Below the pieces are notes generated by a model. The model worked only from the letters and a program-made list of their open reading frames with translations, did not search any database and had not been told where the DNA came from. Positions 57,508 through 64,000 of a DNA stretch of 64,000 nucleotides are shown piece after piece. The position numbers and the translations under genes are program-made. The DNA comes from Polyangiaceae bacterium (GTDB lineage Bacteria; Myxococcota_A; Polyangia; Polyangiales; Polyangiaceae): NCBI GenBank assembly GCA_965222375.1, contig CBDCTZ010000015.1:320001-384000 (forward strand), given 5' to 3'. Every line of letters starts with the position of its first letter. The first letter of the stretch is position 1.

Positions 57508-59718
57508 ATGGCCATCACCCAGAGCGCTCGCAGCCTGGCTGCAATAGGTATGCAATCCCGCCGGATGATTGGGCTTGCACTGATTCTTGTTGGCCCTGCA
57601 GCCGCCTGTGGCAGCGACGACTCTGGAGACGACAAAGGCGGCGGGGGCGGGAGCGGCAATGTCAGCGGGGGTGGAACAGGTGGCGCAGCGGCCGGCTCAG
57701 GCGGCGCCACAGCGGGCGCGGCGGGGGCGGCGACTGGCGGTTTGGGCGCCGCCGCAGGCAGCGGGGGTGTCGCCAACTATGACATCTACTACGTTGCACC
57801 GCTGTCGACCTCTTGCAACCCGGCTAGCCCGGGCTCTGGCACCGAAGCCGACCCGTGGACCAACCTCTACTATGCGCTTACTCAAGGTGGCCTGAAATGC
57901 GGAGACCATCTGCAGTTGCGCGCCGGCGTCTACTACAACGACGCGAATGGGTTCGACAACACGAAGACCGAACAGGATCGCTTCGACGCGTGCACCGCAA
58001 ACGAAGCGAACATCAACGCACACACAGTAATGCCATTGCTTCGCTCCTATGTCGGGGGCCCGGCATGTGCCGGCAACCCAGTGGTAGTCGAGAACTATCC
58101 GGGCGAAAGCGTCGAGCTCACCGGAACACCACGACAGCTCGTGGAAGCGAAGGCAAAGAACAACTGGATCCAATGCACGAACCACCCGGAGGTCTGGTAC
58201 ATGCCGCTCAATGTCGGCAGCTCGGATGTGCAACTGTGGATGGACGGCGACGCTGCGGCGAACGACGCTGGCACGATGATCTTCATGCACGACACCATTG
58301 GCGCTTGGCCGGGGGGCGGCGCATGTCCGAACTTGCCGGATGGTCGCGCCGCTAACGACTCAGGTCCCGACGAGGTTGCCATCAATCCCCCTGGCAACAT
58401 CGACCCGAACGATCATGAGTGGCGCGCCGGAATGGAGGGCGGCGGGGATGGCAGCTCCCATGTGATCCATATCGCCACCGACAACGTAACCGTCCGCCGG
58501 CACCCGGGAGGCGGAAGCTTCAGCGTCACTGCGGGCAGGTACGGTCTAGTGATGGATGACGAAGCCTGGGGCTCGACTCAAAGCGGGACTTTCTCGAGCT
58601 TCATCGTCGCCGATGGCCTGCAGATGATGGCTTGCGGCTCCGCAGACTACGGCTTTTGCTTCCGAATGTGGCAGGCCAACGACAGCGAGTTCATCAACGG
58701 CTCGGTGCACGACACCGTTGCCGAGGGCGGCGGCCCCTACTGTGGCGATACTGCGCAAAAGGGCGGCTCCAACTGCTACCGAAATGCTGTCCGTAACACC
58801 GACGTCTACGATACCGGTCTCGGCTGGGGCACCAGCGGCACGGCGGACGGTACGTCCAATCTGGGTCACGGTATCGTCTCGCGGAACTGCACCGACTGCG
58901 AGTTCACCGGAAACCGTGTTCGCCGCGTGTACCGCTCCGGGATTTCCTTGGCGGCGGTTCATCAAGGTCCATGTGCCGCGGAGCCAGGCGGGTGTTCACA
59001 TGACAACGCGCTGGTCGAAGGCAACGAGATCTGGGATTGGGGCTTCTACTGTGCCGGCGGATCTCCTCCAAACTGCACTCAAACCTGCAACTTCGGCAGC
59101 TCCGCTGCCGTGTGGATCGCCAGCAGCCAGAATCCGACGAGCCATGCTGACGGCATTGTCGTTCGCAACAACATGATTCGAGGTGGCTGTTCGGCGAATC
59201 CTGGTGTCGGCGCCCCGGGATTCTTCCCATCCGAAAAGCAGGGCAGCATCAAGAACTGGGTCCTCGCCTTCAATTCTTTCTACAACTTGCGAGGCGTGGG
59301 AGCGTACCTGCGGGAAAACAAGGCTAGTGCCTCGACTGGGACGATGATCGGAAACACCTTCCACCAGGTCGCCCTGGCCAACGGCAATCAATGCGGCGGG
59401 AGCGACTGCGCCGTGTACATGGAAGCCGCCAGCCAAGTGGGGACTCACAGCCACAACAACTATTGGTCTGCCAACTCCGACGACACAGTCGTGGCACTCG
59501 CCGGGACTGCCGCCCACACTCGCGCCAATGTTGGCAGCTGGGAGAGTACGGCTATTCAGGTCGCGCCGGGTCACACATCGACAAAGGATCTGCATCTCTC
59601 ATCCACTTCAGCTCTGATCGACAAGGTGGATTGTGCCTTGGCACCCGCGCAGGATTTCGATGGCAAGGCGCGCCCCAAGGCGGGTGTGATGTGTGACGTA
59701 GGTGCCGACGAGCGCTAA
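57508..59718 (+). CDS. Right-handed parallel beta-helix lipoprotein, Cys-rich
   Basis: AAAC-GSDDSGDD; Gly linker; GSGTEADPW, GDHLQLRAGVY, NYPGESV; DLHL...SALID...DVGADE tail. Confidence 0.82.
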   Translation: MAITQSARSLAAIGMQSRRMIGLALILVGPAAACGSDDSGDDKGGGGGSGNVSGGGTGGAAAGSGGATAGAAGAATGGLGAAAGSGGVANYDIYYVAPLSTSCNPASPGSGTEADPWTNLYYALTQGGLKCGDHLQLRAGVYYNDANGFDNTKTEQDRFDACTANEANINAHTVMPLLRSYVGGPACAGNPVVVENYPGESVELTGTPRQLVEAKAKNNWIQCTNHPEVWYMPLNVGSSDVQLWMDGDAAANDAGTMIFMHDTIGAWPGGGACPNLPDGRAANDSGPDEVAINPPGNIDPNDHEWRAGMEGGGDGSSHVIHIATDNVTVRRHPGGGSFSVTAGRYGLVMDDEAWGSTQSGTFSSFIVADGLQMMACGSADYGFCFRMWQANDSEFINGSVHDTVAEGGGPYCGDTAQKGGSNCYRNAVRNTDVYDTGLGWGTSGTADGTSNLGHGIVSRNCTDCEFTGNRVRRVYRSGISLAAVHQGPCAAEPGGCSHDNALVEGNEIWDWGFYCAGGSPPNCTQTCNFGSSAAVWIASSQNPTSHADGIVVRNNMIRGGCSANPGVGAPGFFPSEKQGSIKNWVLAFNSFYNLRGVGAYLRENKASASTGTMIGNTFHQVALANGNQCGGSDCAVYMEAASQVGTHSHNNYWSANSDDTVVALAGTAAHTRANVGSWESTAIQVAPGHTSTKDLHLSSTSALIDKVDCALAPAQDFDGKARPKAGVMCDVGADER

Positions 59719-60110
59719 GTTCGAGATGACGTCGGATACCTCGAATCCGGAAAGACCACCGACAAAGAGGCAGTCGCCGAAAGCGCAGGGGACTGGCCCC
59801 TCGAACGCCGCGTCGCCCTGCGGCCGCCGCAGATGACCGCATCCTATGTCACCATCCGTCGGCCGTCGAGAGCAGTCGCCGTTCCACGATCGCTTTGGAC
59901 GATCACGCGCCACAATGCGACGCGGCCTCCCGGCGTTTGCACGATCGTCGCGTTGGGCGTCAACGCGACGCGCTGAAGTTCTTTGTGCGAACCAGAATCA
60001 CACGGTCGATCAAGACGCTAGAAGAGTACAGACACAGCTATCAATACACCGCCGGAATCGCGACCCGTGATGTTGCGTCTACGGGGTGTGCGAGTTATCC
60101 TGGTGCAGCG

Positions 60111-61238
60111 TTGCGTTGCTTGTTTTCGAATGCCTTGGTCTTGAGTGTCGGGTGCGCCATACTGGCTACGGCCTGCTCGTCCCGCAACCTGGACAAGTAC
60201 GAGGCGGGCCCGGGAAACGGCGGAAACGGCGGAAATAACGGGGGGCTGTGCGGCAAGGAAGGGTGGTGCACATTGGCCGGTACGGCGCTCGCGACGGTAT
60301 GCCCAGCGCAGTCGAAGAGCACTTGCGGCGACGTCACCAAACTCGGCAACTCAGCAGTCTTCGATGCGCCGCGACAGCGCATGGTCATTTGGGGTGGTGG
60401 ATTCGCTTCCAGCCAACACCAGACCAATGAAGTCTACGCGGTCAATTTGCAGCCACCGACCTCCGAGCGCCTGACGGATCCAATCCCTTCGCAGTGCTCG
60501 CCCATCGATGCGCAACCAGCGCCGGTGGTTCGGCAGACATTCGATGGAATCGCTCTCGACGGAAGCGGATCACGGATGCTGGTCTACGGCGGGGAGTCCG
60601 CGTGCGCCCCCTTCGTCGACGATCTCTGGGCGCTAGACCTGACTAGCCACGAGTGGAAACCTCGAATCACGCCTGGAGCGCGGCCGCCGCCCGAAGCGGG
60701 AATCATGATGGACCGTGACGAGGACGGTAACGCAACGATAATTCGCGACCAGGACCAACTCTGGCGCTACCGCTACGACGCCAACACCTTCGAGAAGCTG
60801 GGTGCCAGCGTTCGAACGGGCTCCGGATTGACGGGGCGAGTGGATCCCGACCGGCGCCAGTTCGTGATGGTCGGCTGCGAGGCCATCGAGAATTGCAAGG
60901 GATACATTGGTGTCCAATCCCTGGAGCCCCCCCACGAAGTAGTGGGCTTGACCGCAGCTACTAGCGGTTGCGAGTCAGTGTTTGTACGCTCTCCGGGGGT
61001 GGCCTACGATACCGAAACCAAGACTTTCGTGATCTGGCCCAATCGAGGCAGCACGGTGTACCTCTTGGATCCAGATCTCAACACGCCGAGCTGCCAGGAG
61101 CGCACCTTTGCCAGCGGACCGCCCGCCGCCGTCGATGCCAAGTGGGCGGCGGGCCGCTTTCGCGCTATCGGAAACGGCGAATTCCTCCTCGTCTACGGAG
61201 CGGAGTTCGATGCGCAGGTTCTGCAGCTGCGCCCGTAA
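60111..61238 (+). CDS. Kelch/beta-propeller lipoprotein
   Basis: Probable TTG start at 60111; LATAC; MVIWGGG, RQTFDG, MLVYGG, DLWALDL...W. Confidence 0.75.
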   Translation: MRCLFSNALVLSVGCAILATACSSRNLDKYEAGPGNGGNGGNNGGLCGKEGWCTLAGTALATVCPAQSKSTCGDVTKLGNSAVFDAPRQRMVIWGGGFASSQHQTNEVYAVNLQPPTSERLTDPIPSQCSPIDAQPAPVVRQTFDGIALDGSGSRMLVYGGESACAPFVDDLWALDLTSHEWKPRITPGARPPPEAGIMMDRDEDGNATIIRDQDQLWRYRYDANTFEKLGASVRTGSGLTGRVDPDRRQFVMVGCEAIENCKGYIGVQSLEPPHEVVGLTAATSGCESVFVRSPGVAYDTETKTFVIWPNRGSTVYLLDPDLNTPSCQERTFASGPPAAVDAKWAAGRFRAIGNGEFLLVYGAEFDAQVLQLRP

Positions 61239-61246
61239 CCCGGTGC

Positions 61247-62500
61247 TCACTTCCCAACAGGCTGATCGAGCGCTACGACGAGTTGATCCAGCGTCACGGC
61301 GCTAGCCTGACACAGGCCCACACTTTCACCGCCTGCGTGCACGTTGAGCCAGACGGTGCGCACGTGGAGGTTATCGTGACCGGGCATTCGATAGATGACG
61401 TTCTTCTTTTCGTAGCTGAGTACGCCATCTACCCAGCCGCGGTGAATGCCGTCGGCAACGCCGGGTGTATTCATCGTGATCTGCGTCTCCATGCGGTACC
61501 ACTTGTCATTCTCCAAGACTCCGCCGTCGCCTATGCCGCAGCCGCCAACGTCCTCTGGCGTCGAGCAGCCGCCGAACGGCTGGCTGTAGGTTCCCTGGCC
61601 CCAGTCGTCGTTATCCCAGATCCCCGCTTCGAAGGTCTTCTGACCGGACAAGTAGGGGTAACTTCCGAAACGTGTCGTCGCTGCGGGCTTGGTGTCACAC
61701 GCTTTGTAGCAGTTGCGGAACAAGGCGCGCATCGACCAACAGTTGATTCCGTCGGCGAATGCTCCACCGTTGCCACACTGAGGTTCCGGCCACACGCGGA
61801 CGTCACTGAAGCCGGGGAACTTGCCGCCTGAGCCCTGCCCGCCTCCTTGACTGTCGCACAGCGCTGGATCGAAGTTGGGCGCGAGCTTGAGGTAGTAGCG
61901 TAGGTATGCGGATTCGGGAGCGAGCCCAGCTTCCTTGAGCGGCCAGTGAATGGCGATCGCACCGGACTGATACTGTTTCATCTCGACCCGCAAACACGAC
62001 CCGGAAATGCAGCCCTTGTTGATGATGCTGGCATTGCCGACGTGAGCTGCCTCGGCCACCTTGGGTTTGGTGGTTGAAGCGACCTTCAGCCAGCCGTGTT
62101 GCCACCAGTCGGGCTTTTCCCAGGGCTCACAGAAGACGATATCCTGACGCCCGCTCAGGCCGGTCTCGGATGAACAGTCGCCGACGCTGCTCACCGGACC
62201 ACCGCCGCCACCTCCGGCTCCGCCGCCACCGACTCCGCTGCCCCCTGTACCGCCGCCGCTCGTGCCGCCACCGCCACCTGTGCCAGAGTGCGCGCCAGAG
62301 CCGGCGCCACCGCCATTCGCCGCGCCGCCACTGGCGTTGCCTGCAGTTCCCCCTGTGCCCCCGGTGCCGGAGCTTCCCGTCGCTTTGTCCGACGACTCGG
62401 CGCCGCACGCCGCCAACAGCGACACAGTGAGCACCACTGCACGGCGACCCGCCTTCAACACCTTGCGGATGACCATCGAAACCCTTACTTCCGCTGCCAT
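61247..62500 (-). CDS. Polysaccharide lyase (PL14-like) lipoprotein
   Basis: GGAGG RBS before ATG 62500; LLAAC; Gly linker; YLRYYLKL, GGKFPGF, KWYRMETQITMNTPG..DG..RGWVDG. Confidence 0.75.
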   Translation of the reverse strand: MAAEVRVSMVIRKVLKAGRRAVVLTVSLLAACGAESSDKATGSSGTGGTGGTAGNASGGAANGGGAGSGAHSGTGGGGGTSGGGTGGSGVGGGGAGGGGGGPVSSVGDCSSETGLSGRQDIVFCEPWEKPDWWQHGWLKVASTTKPKVAEAAHVGNASIINKGCISGSCLRVEMKQYQSGAIAIHWPLKEAGLAPESAYLRYYLKLAPNFDPALCDSQGGGQGSGGKFPGFSDVRVWPEPQCGNGGAFADGINCWSMRALFRNCYKACDTKPAATTRFGSYPYLSGQKTFEAGIWDNDDWGQGTYSQPFGGCSTPEDVGGCGIGDGGVLENDKWYRMETQITMNTPGVADGIHRGWVDGVLSYEKKNVIYRMPGHDNLHVRTVWLNVHAGGESVGLCQASAVTLDQLVVALDQPVGK

Positions 62501-62511
62501 TTGGTCCTCCA

Positions 62512-63948
62512 CTACTTCTTGAAGCGATAGACCCAGACACGATGTTCCGGGGCCCGGCTCTTGAACACGTACACGTTGTTGACGGGGTCGTAATCGCCGC
62601 TGTGATACGCGGAATTGCCGGCCGGCCCGCCCGCCATTGATTGGCTGTTCCAGGTGTTGGTGGCGGGGTCGAACCAGTGGAACTTGTTGTTGTAGAAGGC
62701 GCCGCCAAACACCTGGTTCTTGGTGTCGTAGGAGTAGATGCGCGCTCCCGACGGCGGCGCTGAGCCGCTGGTCGCAAGCTGAGTGATGGTGCTCTTGGAA
62801 AAATCGTTGCGGTCGAGCACGACGCGCCATACCTTGACCGTTGACGATCCGGAGTTGGTTCCCGAGAACATGAACATGTCGCCACTCGGCGGGTGAAACA
62901 CGAGCCGACCCTCGATTCCGGTCTTCTGACTCTTGCCGTGGGCCTTGAACTTCGTGTCGGTAGCCGGGTCGTAAACGTGCATCCCGCCCCGATGCACCAT
63001 GATGAACTTGCCGCTGATCGGATCGACCTCTCCACCCGGGTAGTCAAACGTGTTTTCCGGGTGGGCAGTGGGCGTCGACTTCATCGTTTTCCAGCTCTTG
63101 CTTGGAAGGTGGTAGCGCCAGACTTTGCCCAAGTTGTTCAAGTTGGAAGTCGTGCTAATGCAGTCACCACTGCCGTTGGGAGGGACCATGAGCCACATGT
63201 AGTCGCCGGCCGGCGCCATGATCAGGTCGTATGTATGGCGAGATACGGGCCGTGGATAGGGGCCGGAAGGCCCGGCTTTCCATCCGGCTGTTGCTTCGTC
63301 GAGATTGAACTGCTTCATCATGCTGCACGGCGTCGCGTCGTAGTCCTGACTGAACGTCAGGGTATCTGGGTTGAACCGCATTACGTAGTCGACGAACGTC
63401 GTGGCGTGCCCGCCGCCGAAGAACAGCATTCGATGAGATGTGGCGTGATAGACGAACCCGGAGAAGTCTGAGATCTTCTCGCACGCCTGGTTCGAGCCGG
63501 CAGCGTCCTGGCACCACTGGTCGAGCCTGCCGAGGTCCATGAGACTGTTGTTGGCCATCGCGGTCAGCACCGGGTTTGGCGCGAACGGCCCCCCGCCGCC
63601 CGTCCCACCGGAGTTCCCACCGACGCCGCCCACTCCGCCGGCTGTGCCGCCACTTCCGCCGGCTCCGCCCAGCGCCCCGCTACCTCCAGCGCCACCCTGA
63701 TGCGCTCCGCTAGCTCCAGCGCCACCCTGATGCGCCCCGCTACCTCCGACGCCACCTTGGTGCGCCCCGCTACCGCCACTGGAATTTCCGCCGGCGCCAC
63801 TGTCGGCGCCAACTCCTCCCCCTCCGCTGCTGATGGCACCGCCAGCGCTCGCGCCTGCTGCGCCGCCACCGGCACCGTCGTCTGCGCCGCAGCAGAGCGC
63901 CGTGAGGGCCAGGCCAATGCAGAGTGTGCGGGTTCGGTAGCACGTCAT
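62512..63948 (-). CDS. Kelch/beta-propeller lipoprotein with Gly-rich linker
   Basis: ATG at 63948; ALCC-GADD; MLFFGGGH, PVSRHTYD, YDPATD, FDPATNTW. Confidence 0.8.
   Translation of the reverse strand: MTCYRTRTLCIGLALTALCCGADDGAGGGAAGASAGGAISSGGGGVGADSGAGGNSSGGSGAHQGGVGGSGAHQGGAGASGAHQGGAGGSGALGGAGGSGGTAGGVGGVGGNSGGTGGGGPFAPNPVLTAMANNSLMDLGRLDQWCQDAAGSNQACEKISDFSGFVYHATSHRMLFFGGGHATTFVDYVMRFNPDTLTFSQDYDATPCSMMKQFNLDEATAGWKAGPSGPYPRPVSRHTYDLIMAPAGDYMWLMVPPNGSGDCISTTSNLNNLGKVWRYHLPSKSWKTMKSTPTAHPENTFDYPGGEVDPISGKFIMVHRGGMHVYDPATDTKFKAHGKSQKTGIEGRLVFHPPSGDMFMFSGTNSGSSTVKVWRVVLDRNDFSKSTITQLATSGSAPPSGARIYSYDTKNQVFGGAFYNNKFHWFDPATNTWNSQSMAGGPAGNSAYHSGDYDPVNNVYVFKSRAPEHRVWVYRFKK
63677..63776 (-). 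repeat. Coding tandem repeat, 30-bp unit (GSGAHQGGAG) x about 3
   Basis: ccgcta(c/g)ctcc..cgccacc.tg.tgcgc. repeated. Confidence 0.75.
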
Positions 63949-63962
63949 GTGGTCCAATCCGT

Positions 63963-63978
63963 AGCAACCGCCATGCCA
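63963..63978 (-). promoter_or_regulatory. Putative sigma-54 -24/-12 promoter
   Basis: Minus strand TGGCATG-GCGG-TTGCT; 16 nt upstream of ATG 63948. Confidence 0.7.
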
Positions 63979-64000
63979 CGATCGCGGGACACACTTTGTC

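Overview
GC-rich bacterial DNA whose gene content (many Gly-rich-linker and Cys-rich lipoproteins, a Ser/Thr kinase-TPR/PEGA pair, ECF sigma/anti-sigma modules, VWA lipoproteins) looks like Myxococcota, probably Polyangiaceae-like; this is inferred from gene types, not a database match. About 50 CDSs are supported. I found no rRNA, tRNA, CRISPR array, integrase or transposase. The main hidden feature is a peroxiredoxin-like (AhpC/TSA) lipoprotein that the ORF track splits at an in-frame TGA. The TGA sits at the redox position (RGHW-TGA-PYC, i.e. UxxC) and is followed by a SECIS-like hairpin, so it is a probable exported selenoprotein (45889-46470). Other highlights: three sigma-54 -24/-12 motifs, each 15-16 nt upstream of a lipoprotein ATG; two perfect TGACCG-NN-CGGTCA operators for a TetR / ThDP-enzyme / SDR locus; a 40-bp palindromic element repeated on both sides of a deacetylase gene; an ECF sigma/anti-sigma module next to a cluster of putative polysaccharide-lyase lipoproteins; two tandem paralogue pairs; a fused two-gene 2-oxoacid:ferredoxin oxidoreductase; a linalool-dehydratase-like protein; and a desaturase plus fatty-acid hydroxylase pair. 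Several genes carry single-base indels in G/C runs, probably sequencing errors, and several intergenic regions hold short fragments of unrelated genes.
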